Notes: a model not told the origin generated them from the sequence alone. Numbered from the whole stretch's first letter, positions 24,119 to 38,205 are shown. The stretch: DNA of 63,115 nt, filler included, from Choristocarpus tenellus KU-1152 (GCA_964200185.2; 13 parts of 13 records of this genome joined end to end with filler, not necessarily neighbours in it), one strand, 5' to 3'. Program-made: numbers and translations.

Positions 24119-25740
24119 AGATTTTTTTTGAAGATGTAGACCTAATGTCACAGTCAAGATCCAGATTCGTGATTGAGTATGACAAAACTAATATCATTTA
24201 TTAGCTCCTTATATCGGGTACTTTGCTGTACTTTTGGATTAGTGTGGTGGAATATGAACCTATAAGGGATAGTTATTTCAATTATCCCCTTACTTCAACA
24301 AAACCAATCAATTACATCCCACCTTCTTTGCACTTGCTATCCTGCCTGCAGAGAAGTTCTCTTGCTCTTTTTGAAATAACAACCAGAAGGGCAGCAAAAT
24401 GTTGTGATTACTCCATGAACATTGCCATTCTCAATCTGAGTAGCATGAACAAGGATATATAATTTTCTGGTGAAGACATGGATTTACTAGGTCTTGTCTA
24501 GAGGGAATATGCATTTCATGTACCGCCCCTTACAAAAAAATATATATATTAGCTTGTTTAATATTTTGCAGTCCATTTAATGGAATGAATATAACCACTC
24601 CTGGATATATTGTTCTCATCACCATACTGCTAGACTAAAGCATGAAGAGTACCATTTCTCCCTCCTCATCCAGTCAGTGCAGAGCCCTTCTCATCATTCC
24701 ATCAACATGATACTACTAGTATGATAGTGTGCAGGACACAATACATGTCTTGTGCTTAATGCACATTAATGCGATCCTTGATAACATGATTGTAGCAAAT
24801 TTGGTTGATCCTGGCCCATTATTCTTCCCTTGATTCTCTTGGTAGTCAAATAAACTGTCCATGTAGAAGAAAGAAGAGGGATGGAAATAATCAGGGCTTT
24901 TCACTTGACCGGGTTAGGGTTAGGTTTAGCATGTCCTCTGTCAGTCATATGGCCGTGTCGAATGGGGTGGCCCGAGGCCCAGCCTTGTTGAAATGCTTGA
25001 TGGCCACGGACTCAGTCATTTTCTTGGTTGTACATTACTCACCGGTGGCCTATTCAGGTTGAGTAGTGATGGCCATGGATTTGGCCATGTTTGAAATTGG
25101 TTGTACATGACCAGCCAGCAGCCTCAGTGATGTTGAGTAGAGACGGCAATGGACTTGGTTATTTTTGAGAATTTTATCCATGGCCAGCGAGGGTAATATT
25201 TTCTTGACACTCAGGCCAACCACGACATGGTCATACCACCCAATTAATTATTCGCTCTATTCATCTCTTGTATCCTATACTACTATATCTACTTAGTAAA
25301 ATATTTGTGTTGGTATTTCAATATTGTTTTTTATTTTACCATATTTTGTATTCCAATAAGAATTAGAAATTGCATACAAAATCATCTTTTTTTTTTAGGT
25401 GTTCTGGTAGCTGAGGTGATTTATGATTTCAAGACGTATTTCGATGCTACACATGGTATTTTGGCAATCATTCGTCAAGAGTCAAATGTTTACATAGAAA
25501 ACATGCCAGAAAAAAAGAAATTCTTTACATATATGTTTCCTCACATTCTCAATGCGCACGTGTATAGGGTGTTCACAATTTTTTCCAAGGTCCAGAGATT
25601 GTTTGAAATACTAAAATCCATTTGCATATACTGGAGTGTTACTTAACCCTTTGACATGGACATATTTATTACTGTTTGACAAGTACAACATGTTGTGGAC
25701 ATGGTCCAGACATGCCAGGAAAGAGATAGACAGGGTGGCA

Positions 25741-25892
25741 GTGAATAAAAATATCTTAGAGGGTACAAGTTTTGTCCTTTTTGTCCGTTTGGGGCTTGGC
25801 TTCCCGTGATTTTTATAATGGTATTTTCCTACTCCAAAATATTTTGGAGTAGGTAAAATGTGTATGTTATGAAAAGGAGTGTCCGGTACAAG
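25741..25892 (-). mobile_element. Partial family B MITE
   Basis: TATCTTAGAGGGTACAAGTTTTG...CCTACTCCAAAATATTTTGGAGTAGG. Confidence 0.8.
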
Positions 25893-26321
25893 GAGCCCTG
25901 CAAATAATACAATTAGGTATAGTGAATCACACACACATATGTGTACTAGTATATCTATAGTACAACAGCACTTAGGTAAAATATGTCCAAATCGATGACT
26001 TCTATTCCCATGTTGAAATTGACCAGGTATTGTTTCCCTGTATTTTGTTTTATTCGGAGCTCTGTCCAAAGTTCAACTAAGATGTGATTAGCTTTTGGAC
26101 AATTCAGAGTCTAGGGTTAGGCTTAGGGTTAGGGTTTAGCTAGGTCTACGAAAGCAATCCAGGTAAGAAATTAGGTAGTTTGTGTTCCTTTGAGGGAGGG
26201 CCTCCTTGAGCTGGAATACATATATGGCCATATTAATAAGCAATTGAACTATTCATGACGGAATTACTGAGAGTATGTATGGGCACTCAATGTTATCTTA
26301 TGGTGAACGGCAAGTATAACA

Positions 26322-26571
26322 GAGTCAAACTATCTTAGAGTGTAGAGTCGCATCCGTTTAGGGGTCAAATTCCAATACTGCGATTTTGATGGCTATTGCG
26401 TTTGTTAGGAAGTGCTAATATACTTATTATGAGCTCACCTTTTCACAACATACATATTTTACCTACTTCGAAACATTTTGGAGTACGAAAAAGTCATAAA
26501 AAACGCGTGGGAAGCCAAGCCTAAAATGTACAAGCAGGGCAAAACTCGTACCCTCTAAGATACTTTCACTC
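26322..26571 (+). mobile_element. MITE family B, full length, TSD ACA
   Basis: aca|GAGTCAAACTATCTTAGAG...CTCTAAGATACTTTCACTC|aca. Confidence 0.93.
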
Positions 26572-27164
26572 ACAAGGTCTTCAACAAATTATGGTATTTT
26601 AATATTCATCCTCATGTGAACATGTGCCCTATCCTCTGCTTTTCTGTTGTTCTAATGGGTCAAAGTATCTGGGGGGGGGGTGGCGGCTGTCCATTTGGGA
26701 CCATTTTTTCATGTCGCGATTTTTGGNNNNNNNNNNNNNNNNNNNNNNNNNNNNNNNNNNNNNNNNNNNNTTAATTAATTAANNNNNNNNNNNNNNNNNN
26801 NNNNNNNNNNNNNNNNNNNNNNNNNNGGTCTACAGCATGGTGTCCATTTGGGTCAAAATCAGGAAAAGTGCATTTACAGTAACCATCCGACGTATGCAAT
26901 CAAATCACCCAAAAAATCGCGACATGAAAAAATTGACCCCAAATGGACAGCCGCCACCCCCTCACAGATACTTTGAGCCTTATGGGAGTTGCGGGAAAGC
27001 AATGTTCACATACTGTAGACTTCGACATATAATAATACATTTCTTCCGTTCGAAAAGCTAAAGTACCAAGGGATCGAGTTAGTTCCCAAGACTTTCCCTT
27101 GATCTGCCCATACTTAATCCCAAGCTTTTCCAACCTATGGTCAGTTGTACTGTCAACAATGTTC

Positions 27165-28120
27165 TTACAATCGTGTAACTCTTACATCATACCTTGACTC
27201 CTCTAGTACATATTCTCCGTTAATTCTTCCTGATCTAGGCCCCCATGTTGATTTGGGACTGACAGAGCTACAACGCAACTTGTGAGCCCTCCTCGTTTTC
27301 CGCTGTTCCTCTGCCTCATAGCCATCTGGGGTTGAAGTCTGCCCCTGCTGCCAGGGTCTCCGTAGAGGTGTCTTCAACGTTGACTCGCCAACTCGACCTG
27401 ATCCAGCAGGAGAGGTAATCGGAGACTTCGACAGAGCATCTTTGCCCTGTGGAATTTTGTTCGAGGGTTGGGAAGCTGTGGAGAAGCTCTGTAAGTGCTG
27501 TCTGTTCTCGTCCACGCCCTATGCTTCAGTTTATGTTCACGATAAAGAAGCGAATATTTATTTTGAAGCACCCAGGGTGAAGAATTCAACTACCACTGCA
27601 GGTACCTTGTCTTTGTCACCATTAGTCTCCAGGAACCTCGATCCCCTACTCCCTTTCCTGGGTGGTGTAAGAGACGCACTTGCCCTTGGTGGAGTAGGAG
27701 ACTTTATGGAACCCCCGTTAGACTGCCCTGACTCCACACCTGTCATTTCCTTCCCACTCTCGATCTCTGGTATTTGAGCTTCCTCTATATTGTTTATGGT
27801 TGTCCGCATCTCGTGCACCATATCCTGAAGATGATGGGATTACGCGTGGTATCTATCAAGCCCTTCACCTGCGGTGTCAACTTTGGTGTTGCATGCATTG
27901 TCCAGGCTCCCAGTCTTTCCTCATTGTGTTCTGAGCACACCAGATCTACACCTCCATATGTAGAAGCTAGCAATCGAAATCACCTTCATTTGTGCTGTCA
28001 TTTCAGTCAAGTCTTGGTGATGAGAGATCAGGTGCCCAGCCACATCACGCTCGATGACTCCAGATATGTAGGACTCGAGCGCTGTGCCATCCTTCTTTTC
28101 CATTGGTGTCCGCGTGTCTG
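27165..28120 (-). CDS. Possible multi-exon gene for an S/P-rich, probably disordered protein; exon boundaries uncertain
   Basis: Consecutive minus-strand ORFs 27921-28103, 27558-27821 and 27165-27515, with donor-like AAG|GTGATT and AAG|GTACC sites. No domain recognised. Confidence 0.4.
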
Positions 28121-28678
28121 GTGGTCAAGCTCTATTCATCACTCCCCTCCTTCCTTTCTTCTGTCATGTTTCATCTTTCTCCTTCCTTGCCAACACCAGA
28201 CCAAGGCTGACAACCCAGATCACATTTAGGTGCTCCAGTGACCGTAAGACCCAACAGCCCTTGCTCTAAGGTCAACCAATTCCTCAATTCTTCAACGGTC
28301 TTACAGTTACGTGAAAAAAATAATTGGTAATATTGTAATGCTGTGTGAGGAGGATTCAATAGAGTGACAAGAGGGGTAAGGCTCAAGACTGACATATTGG
28401 TGATGGAACAAACTCGGGAGTATAGAGCAAGGAGAAGAAAAGTGCGCTCGAGGTGAATCGTCGAAGATCTTGCAGTGTTGCGAGTGGTGAGTGGGAGGGA
28501 AGGGATATAGGTGTTGCTTGATGATGAGGTGAGAGATGATTTCGCAACCTCATGGAGTCGAGGTTTTTCCTCCAGTAGGAATGAGGCTTGCCGAAAGTAA
28601 TACAAGTTGCATTTACATAACGCCATTACTTCCGGTATACACGCATGTGACCTCGTCTCCCACAGCTAAAACTCAACA

Positions 28679-29124
28679 ATGAATGGAGATGGAACCTGGT
28701 GTGGAATGGATGCCATACCTATGGAAGTTGTAGCAAAAAGCTTCCCATTCTTGGACTGGGAATCTCTGGCTTACTTTGAATCCACATCAAGGAGCGCGCG
28801 TAGTTTGGTGGGAAGCCTCAGAGTCTGGCGGAGCCGTTTGCTGCAGAAGATGCACAACGTGCCTGACATAAAGAACCTGGATGCCAAGGTTCGACTGGGA
28901 CCAGCTCATATTGTCCACGCACAAAGTATTTGTTTATAGAGATGCGTAGGCCCAACGACGAGATGGTGGTACCCCAAATTATTTTAATGGTAAATCCTGT
29001 GCTGGTATCGCTCTTACCTCGCACATGCCGTGCACTCCTTCAACCCTTGGGTCCGTTCAGCGCGGAAAACGTGCTATTATCGCTTGGGAGCGAGGACATT
29101 TCCGATGTCGGCACATTGACTCAG
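28679..29124 (+). CDS. F-box protein N-terminus (exons 28679-28888 and 29061-29124), possibly F-box/WD40
   Basis: MDAIPMEVVAKSFPFLDWESLAYFESTSRSARSL..VWRSRL matches the F-box consensus. Donor AAG|GT at 28888, acceptor TTCAG| at 29060, then in-frame RGKRAIIAWERGHF and donor |GTAAG. Confidence 0.75.
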
Positions 29125-32100
29125 GTAAGATTGGGAATAGAAAAATATCGCTATATAGGCCAATCCGTAACAAAGATGTAAGCAGTAAGTGTGCAAAAGT
29201 CATTCGAAATGTAATCAATTACGCAACCCTGATAGATTTGCTGGGGTTGGAGTGAAGCTTTGCAAGGTTGATTCTGCACAGGCTACTAAAAATATACTTC
29301 ATTTCTTGCCTCAGGAATACAGTCATGTTATCATGCCCTCCGAAAGCCTCAATCTACTATTTGGTTTGTTGACGAGGGCAAGCCTCTATTGCCTCAACTT
29401 GCTTCTCTCCCTTTTAACATGACAGNNNNNNNNNNNNNNNNNNNNNNNNNNNNNNNNNNNNNNNNNNNNTTAATTAATTAANNNNNNNNNNNNNNNNNNN
29501 NNNNNNNNNNNNNNNNNNNNNNNNNCCGACGTATGCAACCAAATCACCCAAAATCACGACATGAAAAATTTGACCCCAAACGGACAGCCCCCACCCCCTC
29601 ACAGATACTTTGAGCCTGTAGTCAGGGATATATTTCACAAAGACAATACTGCCCAAGATCAGTATAATACATACTGTTGCAGTTGACAATAAATGGTATC
29701 CCTAACCCTAAGCCCATTACCACCAACATATAATATATTATGGAGGCTAATGCGAGGTCCCAGTGGTTAGGAAATCAAGTTCCCTCCCTCTCTATAGAAT
29801 TGGTATTACCCTGAAATGCACTAAGTGCATGCTTCCAAACTCGCATATACTTAATACCAGAAGTCAGGGTCACGTCTATTACCTTTTTGGACACGAATTT
29901 TCCAAGCTCGACTATTAAGGCAAGAAATTATCAAAGCTAATGAGCTGATGAGTAGTGGGAACTGGCAGGATGCAATTTCCTACCAAATATTCCATCATTT
30001 ACCAAAAAAAAAATCTAAAGTATGTTCAACTTTTATCAACATTTATAATACCACAAATAATATTACCGATACATAAAAAATTTGAGGAGGTGATGAAATG
30101 GTACGAAAAGAAACAGTTACACCAGTAGATTAGCTTAATAATTGCATTGGGTCAATAGAATTATTTTCCTTTCAACACCTCTTTCTCACCAGTGCTGGCA
30201 TCAATTGAGCCTTGGTAGTCCTCCCCTCTTTGTCCGTCCTTTAAAAGATACTTCTGGCGGTTTCTAGCCTGGATAAATTCTCCCGTCATCGTGTTGAGGG
30301 CTATGGCCACTTCTCATTTCCTCGTCAGCCTGGGGCTCATGATATGACAATTCAAACCTGGCGTCCAGAAAGCAGTCTCAGGGCAAAGCTCCAGGTAAGA
30401 GGTGTTCCTAATAGAATTACAGCAGACCCTTAAATGTGCTTGGGGAACTGATGGGTGTGGGGGGGGGGAGAGATGAGAGCATACAAGGGAAGCTGAAATT
30501 CACAAGGTATATACCCACTTATTGGTTAATGAACGGAAACCTATGCAAATCAAAGTAAATCAGTGCCTGCCTGTGTTCATTACACCTTGTTACTATACTA
30601 CACTGTACTACGTTGAGAGAGAGCTGGAAAGGTTTAGACATATTCAGTACATTGCTGCAATCGGTCAACTGTAGAGGACACAAAAGAAGAAGAGAGTGAC
30701 GAGCATACACACAGAAATCTGAATGCTTGATTCAACAAACTGGTTGCGGAAACTTCTGAACCAGGGCTTCTGCACTGTTTGGTTTTATGTATGGGAATAA
30801 GGTTGGGACATGACCTGAAGTACACACGAGTTACATTTTGGAGTCATTTCGCCATTATGCACAGATTTCTATTGGAGGGATACCAAGAGCTAGTACTGCC
30901 CCCTCCCCATATCTACTACTCTTAGAAGGTTTGTTCAAATTTGAGCAGTAGTTGATTAATGTTAGATCATTAACTCAGGAAATCGGTAATCCAACCTCCT
31001 ACCCACCCCATCTACCCATCTCACACACACGACCACTCCCCACAAATCTACAGACCAAACAAGAAATAAACCCTCACCCAAACAGGACTACTTTGTTGGG
31101 GGGGGACACCGTCTCCATGATCCATGTTATACCTCAAAGCCCAGTGATTTTAAAGGGAATTTCCTGAGTCGCTTTGGTTTTCGGACAGAGTCCTCTGGAA
31201 CAGTACGCATCCGTCTCTACATAGTGGAGCAGGTAAGTTGACATTCAAATAAGTGGGATTGCGAATCAATGGGATGCTTGTCTGAAGCGTTAATTCTTGG
31301 GCTTAATATTAAGATTAGAGATTGGAGGTGAGGCAGTGAAGAATGAAGTCACTAGAGTATCTTCGAGGGGTTACATTATGCTTGTAGAGAGTGAAAGGTG
31401 CAGATAGAAAGAAGGGATGTTGACTTGGAGTACTCTGCCCTTCTTCCTCGAGTGTTGCTGTAGTATTGATGGAGTGATCTGGGATGACTGCAGCTACTCG
31501 AAAAGATCAAGAGGAAAGCACATCTATTTGCAATTTTCAAGGCTGCCAGGGTTGAGGGTTAAGTGTTTAACAAGGGCTACTTTGTGTGCGAATCAAATTT
31601 CTATCTTGCACATGCTTGCTGTGCTTATTTCTTTTGGCACTGTTCTGCTCCTACACAGAAAATTTTGAAATCCTCTGAAGCCAAAATTTACTGACTCCTT
31701 CTACCTGGGTTCTTTCTCTTCCACCTCCTTCCGGACCCTTTTTTCCCATTGATGCGACTCCAGTATCGATGCTCAATATCCTAACCATAGATCTCTTTTG
31801 CAACCCCTCCCTCTGTCTCTTTCATCGCTACAAATATGTTTTGACAGAGACAAGCCCCCACCCCTCATTCTGGTTTTGGCTTAGGGTCATCATCCCCTTC
31901 CAACAACCGACTTGCTTCGACCCTTGCAAGTGGTGTTGGTGGTCACCGGCTGGATCTCGGTGGTACTCGCACCATAAAAGAGATACTTAGGGCTGTGCAC
32001 GCTCGAAAGACGAGTGCAGAGGTTGCAAGGAGGTTCAGCGCCACCATCAGCAACAATTCTGGTGATGGCATGGAGAGGGAAGGGGAGAAGGAGGATCGGC

Positions 32101-35100
32101 AAGATATTGCATCCACCTCAACAGCCAATGCTGGCGCCAATGCTGAAGGCAAGTCAAGAGACGTTGCTGCAGTGCCAACATTGGGGTCAGGGATGAGTCA
32201 CCGAGTTGGGGGGAAGGGAAAAGGTCAAGGAGACTTAGTGGAAGGAGGAGATGGAGTTAATCGTCGTAATGGTCGCGGTGTTGGGCACAACAGGGACCTG
32301 GAGGGGGAGTCTGGCACAAAGGAGACACTCAGTGGACCTACTGTGTAAACCTCAGGATCAAAAGAGGGTTCAGAGGAGGCAAGGCTGCTGGAGGTTCAGG
32401 GGCAAGTCGATGGTGGGGATCATGGTGAGGGAAGTAGTGGCAGCAGGGACATGATGAGGAATTGGAGTGAACTGTTGGAACGGGCAAGACAACAGCTTGA
32501 CAGATCAGGAAGTGGACAATGGACAAGAGAACGAAGGGATGGGGAAATGGACATTGAATATGGATTGCAGGGAAAGTGGGACATGCAAGTGATGGGGAGA
32601 TTAAGTGACTGCGACTTGCAGTGGGAAGTTTAGGAGATTGCAATAGTGCTGGAGCTGTGTTTTGCTATGTAAAGTTGTGCCCACCGGGTGTAATTAATGG
32701 CAGGGGCTAGGTGGGATGAGGTGTTGTGGGCTCTTGATGATTAGCAACCGCCCAGAAATATATTTTTTCTGGCTTTGTTCTTGTTTGATCGCAACAAAGT
32801 CCTAGCCTTTGCCCACATCAGGTCGAAATTGAGATAACAAAGTGAAATAGACTCTTTCTGTCATAAGGCCCACCAGTGTTTGTTGCGGACGTAAAAAAAA
32901 CATGTTGTGTTCAATTGGGCTCTTTCGATTGTTTTTGAAGGAGCGTGCCTTGGCGTGTCATCCCCAAAAGTAAACCAATCCAGTCATTAGGGAAAGTTTT
33001 AGCCGTGCCTGCTAGTTTCTGTATAGATTGCAAACCCAGCCTTGTAGTTATGTACTACGCAAACGAATTCTATTTCTATGTTCCACAGGGGAATATCACA
33101 AAACATGGCAGAACAGAGGTGTTGCATTTTGTGCAGGCAATATGCCTCCATAAAGAGATGAAGTAGACCTATAGCACTTGGGTGATGTGCAGCTCTTTGA
33201 AACGCCATCGAACCGTCAAAGAACACTGGCAAGAACAAAGTAGTGCAATAATCCACAAACTCTAGTCTGCCATGCAAAAGATATCCATCCAAAAACTTGA
33301 TTTTTACTCCTATTAAATGTGCACTTAAAGGAAATTGTTCTTTTGAAGGAGTGTTTGAAGGTAGAAAATTCGCATGCTGCTTGACCTCTGCTGGACCCTA
33401 AGTCCGGAGGAGTATATATTGGAACCATTGTCCATGACCTTTTTCCATTAGTTTTTACGCATGCATATGATACTCACAAGAGCAGGTAACATTATGAACC
33501 TCACAAACCACCCGCAAGTCTTCACAGCATAATAATTAATACATTCAACATCATGAGAAAAATGTCGTGTGAGAGCAAAGGTTAACTAGAATATCGAAGA
33601 GCTGTAGTTTCTACACAATGGAGTGGTTTGTACACGAAAAAAAGAGAAGAATCACAGTGGAATCTTCAGTGTCATGTGGTGTGTGGCAGGGCTTGAACTG
33701 AGGACTCTGCAACCTGACAACTCAACTGGGAGGTAGTCAACCGGTGGTAGCTGTGTCCTGAATGATACTACTACACGTAGAATCACCCAATCTTTGCACC
33801 ACAGAGGAATACTTTCAATAAATTTGAAGTGCATGTCCAACTCATCAGATATTTTGTGTCATCTCTTAAAACAGAAACATAGCCTCTCCATCTTTTCACT
33901 TCAGCATGTCCTGGTGGAAGAGGGCAGTACACACAAAACGTGTTTCTGTTCCTTACCTTCATGGTTGGTCCATTGATACAAGATAGAGCAATATACTGCT
34001 TGTCCTGTAGTTGATTATTTCTTCATTCTTGAGTGCTTGAAGGTGCATCAAGACGCAGCACGGTGAAGTGAAATAATCCTTTCTGTCACACTGCCCAGAA
34101 TTCGTCCCCACCCACCCACCTGACCCTCAAAAATTGGTTTCATCCAAGTGAGAAGGTCTATGAAGAGAAATCAGGGCAGAGTATTGCGTTGTGTTGCAAA
34201 TTTCACTTCTCTTCTAGTCTGGTGGCCTTCTCAACTCTTAGCCAAGATTCGTAAACTATCCATGACAAAACAAATTCCCAATCCGTGCGTTTGTGTGTGT
34301 ATTCTCACTACAACACGAAAAAAAATATATACAGTACAAAATAGTGCAGCCCGTATTGACCAGAGTATAGAAATTTCCCAGTCCTTAGGTTGTCCAGGAG
34401 AGGTGTCTATAGACAGTTGGGCAGTGTGTATCAACTGGCATGCACTACCTTCTGTGTTTTGATTACAATATACAGTTCCAAAAGCAAATCGCCTTTGGTG
34501 CAACTAAAATAAATACCCAAGAGCATGGGTGGGGTGGGTCTGAGGAAAGGTGTTAAAGATTGCAGTAATCTTCTGGGAGGATAATATCAACCACAACACA
34601 TCACTGTCTCAAAATCCAACAACAAAGAATATTCCATCAACGAACACTATAGGACCTTGAAATACTTCATACTCCAAAAGAAAAATATTACTCTTGTGTG
34701 CACTCTAAGGGTCTATACAGTAACAATTTCGACCAGCTTTTCAGGGAAGAACCAAAAGATGAACATACAATGTTTTTAAATATCAGCTTGCCCGCATAAT
34801 CCCCTTCACCCATCAATTTTTCTCAACTCACGATTTTCTTTCTATCCTCTTGAAGCACGTGCTCAACCTAGCTCTTGCCCTATTTGTACGTGTCCCTGAA
34901 GGTAAGAACTGGACCCTACGACCACCAGGAAGTCATTCTTCCCGCCACCTTGCTGTCCCAAATAGCACCCTAACACCCCAGTCAACCATTTTGATGACCT
35001 ACCATACCCTCTTGCCGGAAGATTCCAAAGTTGACTTTGCATTCTGGGACAGCTACAGCTTCCATCCAGGAGCGTTGCCTTTTGCTCTCCCAGCAAATGC

Positions 35101-36004
35101 GGTTGCAGCATACACCCATCTAGGTGTTTGGTTACCCACCATTGTACCCTCAAGTAAGTCCTCAGCAGCAGGAATACCTGTCCTCATGGAGACTGCTGAA
35201 GCTGCAAGGAAGCAGCTACCGATGAAATCTCTTGCAGCTCCTCTCCTGCTACTGCATCGGCATCTTTTTTCTCTACCTTTCCTTATCCCTTGTGACAGCC
35301 CCCATCCTACCTCCACTACTGTTTCACGTGCAATCAATGCTCTGATCATGAGCTCGTTGTCCAAAGCATCTCCTGGCACCTTCTTTTCTCCCCTCACATT
35401 ATTGTACCTTTGACAGGATCGACAGCTGAGCCAGAGAAGATGTCAGGGTTAGGGTCTGGTGCTGGGTCAGGAGAAGAGGCTGAACATGGTCATTGTGGGA
35501 AGAAGAGGACGCTGCCCCGGCGAAGATTGTTCTGCTCTCTGAGTCGGACTCGAGATGTCGTTAGAGTCATCTTGCGGTTCAGCTTGTCTCGTTCTCTCCA
35601 CGGGAGTTTTTCCCATTGTATTGTGTCGGACTTTATCGTTTAGTTTGACAGCACCCAGTTGGGGGTTCATGATGTAGTTGTTCCCCCATTTTTGTTCATT
35701 TGTTGCAAGTTGGGAGTAGGGAGGAGAGGGCAGGGGAAGGTAATTACTGTTTTGAAGTGGTCCATACTACGTTTGAGACCTTTGCTGGAACTCAATAGAG
35801 TTACTCGTGGTAGACTGAGGACCAATTTTCGCGCAGATTCTCTTTGAGAGCGTTGTCTAAAGATGTGAAAAAAAATTCGAACTCTTTTCCAAAAGCAAGA
35901 AGTTGCGGCAAACAATATCGGATCTCTGCATCATAGGCACACATATATGTATATGAAGGAATGTTGGTTTCCGTGCCTCAGTTTTTCAGGTGGTACTAGA
36001 GGAA

Positions 36005-36095
36005 GAGTGAAAGTATCTTAGAGGGTGTTTGTCCATTCGGGGCTTGGCTTCCCTCGGGGTACTTTAAGACATTTTCCTACTCCAAAATATTTCGG
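36005..36095 (-). mobile_element. Family B MITE end at a contig break
   Basis: GAGTGAAAGTATCTTAGAGGGT...CCTACTCCAAAATATTTCGG running into the gap. Confidence 0.85.
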
Positions 36096-36195
36096 NNNNN
36101 NNNNNNNNNNNNNNNNNNNNNNNNNNNNNNNNNNNNNNNTTAATTAATTAANNNNNNNNNNNNNNNNNNNNNNNNNNNNNNNNNNNNNNNNNNNN

Positions 36196-37290
36196 GTCAG
36201 CTAGCTGTGTCCTGAAGGAGTCAAAACGAATCCTGTTGAGGAGGCGTGTGATCTCGTGCTGAGCCCTCCTTGTGATCCTGGCGTCATGAGCTGCCAGGAT
36301 GTGGACCTCTGTGGCAGGTGCAGGTGGTGCTGTTGAGTGAAAGTATCTTAGAGGGTAGGAGTTTTGCCCTGTTTGTCCATTTGGGGCTTGGCTTCCCATG
36401 GGGTTTTCATTATATTTTTCCTACTCCAAAATGTTTCGGAGTAGGTAATATGTATATGTTATGAAATAGTGTGTCCAGAACAAGGATACCGACACTTCCT
36501 TACTACGGATAAAATTACATGGAAATCACAACATTGGATTTTGCCCCCCAAATGGACGTTGCCCTACCCTCTAAGATAATTTGACACTCTTTCCCCCCAA
36601 GTTACCCAGTCTTGGCCAATAATTTCGGCAAGGTCTTCTGAGGGGACACCTGTAGAAAGAAGAGAGTGTGTATGGACAATCTTAAGGCCTGTATTTTAGG
36701 GCTTGTACGTACGGCCTGTGAGAAGGACTCGCCATGAGGCCCTTGCTGCCTTGCTAGGAGGGTGGGGAGAGTAGCCACCAGTGATCCTACAAAAGCTGCA
36801 TGCTGGCGGTGTTTCATGGAGGAGAGGCCTAGACCCCCCACACTTGTAGCCATCTGTGCCTGTACTTGTTGGTGGGTCTCTAGGCGGAGAGACCTATTGT
36901 TGCACCCTCCCTCAAAGAAGTCTGTCACCTCTGTCGCATCAGCTATCTCCATTATCCTCTCTAGTGTCCACAAGGAGGTCTTGTCTGCTTGCTCCATGGT
37001 GGAGCGTGGCAGGTGGGGGGGAGTGACCCTCACAAGATAGCCTAGCCTGGAGGAGAGGGACCATGAGTTGAGGAGCCAAGCAACCTGCTTGTCCTCCATC
37101 TCGCTGAGGTGTGTAGCTAAAGCTCGTGTCTCAGAGCTCTCTGTCACCTCCGCCATGTGAGCTCGAATGAAATCATCTGTTCCTACTGGAGCCCCTCGAG
37201 TGACAAAACCACTGGGGTTCGGGGCTAGGTTAATTCCTGTCGTGGAAAGGAGCTCTAGTTCCGAGGGCGTGGGTTGGTGGCCCTAGGGAG
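36196..37290 (-). mobile_element. CRE/SLACS-like non-LTR retrotransposon remnant (post-RT region), interrupted by a family B MITE
   Basis: GFVTRGAPVGTDDFIRAHM, RLGYLVRVTPP and QAQMATSVGGLGLSS..HAAFVGS resemble CRE-clade motifs (LGxPxG..F; QAxLP..GGLG; AA++xS). Reading resumes beyond the MITE (RRAQHEITRLL). Confidence 0.72.
36335..36589 (-). mobile_element. MITE family B inserted in the CRE-like element
   Basis: GAGTGAAAGTATCTTAGAGGGTAG...CTACCCTCTAAGATAATTTGACAC; no clean TSD. Confidence 0.9.
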
Positions 37291-37336
37291 GTGCGGCAAA
37301 TGTCTTGTCCATATAGTATATAATGATTATTATTAT

Positions 37337-38205
37337 GACGAGGGTACTCCTTTAAACTTTTCTTCATCATCCAGTTCAGTCACTCACACCACTCCTCTTT
37401 GACAAGCTCAAGAAATCCTCGTTAACACCCTGAAGTACGCACCAAAAAAGGCAGTACTACTACTATTTACGATATTTTTCCCTGACACATCTGCAAAATA
37501 TCATTGGGGATAATAATATAAGAATATTGTTCATGGTTGGTATGTTGTTGTGTGTACCTGTCAGAACCCAGGTGTTCTATTATTTCACCCTCTTCTAACA
37601 TTTTGTAGCTAGATGTATGTATCAGGGGGAAAACAGATGAATAGTTCATTCAATATCAGAACAAACCTGAAAAAGTAACAGTTAGTTGTAAATAAATGTG
37701 ATAATTTTATATCAATTTACTATTCTACTACCAGGTATGCTACACCACTCCCCTCCTATGCCTCCAACCTAGCTCAGCCCTACTCTAACCCTAACCCTAA
37801 CCCTAACCCTAACCCTATAGGGCATGGACCTAGGGAAGCATCCTAAAAATCTGACAGGCTCCTCCTTGTTGTCCATGTCTCTGGTGTCTCAGCTTTAAAC
37901 ACATGACACGTCTTGATAGAGCCACTTGTGTTGTTGTGACGAACAGGTATCAGATTCCTCACATCATACATACAGTTACATATATTTGCAGATCCCAAAC
38001 TACAAAAGAAAAACTGACATTTTATGTATGCGTTAGGAAATAATCGTGTATATAAAAATATAAAAATTATGACGAGCTTCCTCCTTTTCTACCTTTTCTT
38101 CTTTATCGTCCAGTTCAACCACTCACACCATTCCCCTTCTTCGACAAACTCAACAAATCCTTGTGAAACACTCTGATTGGCTTACACTCTGAAGTACGCA
38201 CAGAA
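37337..38205. repeat. Diverged local duplications: 37337-37442 vs 38071-38203, and ~37955-38010 vs ~38317-38368
   Basis: Shared TCCAGTTCA..CACTCACACCA, CTGAAGTACGCAC and GATCCCAAACTACAAAA blocks. Confidence 0.7.
37785..37817. repeat. Interstitial telomeric repeat (CCCTAA)5
   Basis: CTAACCCTAACCCTAACCCTAACCCTAACCCTA. Shorter TTAGGG runs occur at ~20551-20570 and ~26112-26137. Confidence 0.85.

Noticed and set aside
31330-31500. Copia RT-like fragment
   Set aside because: Too degenerate to support by eye.
34850-35413. 187-aa ORF with overlapping antisense ORFs
   Set aside because: No recognisable domain, and neither strand nor splice structure could be determined.
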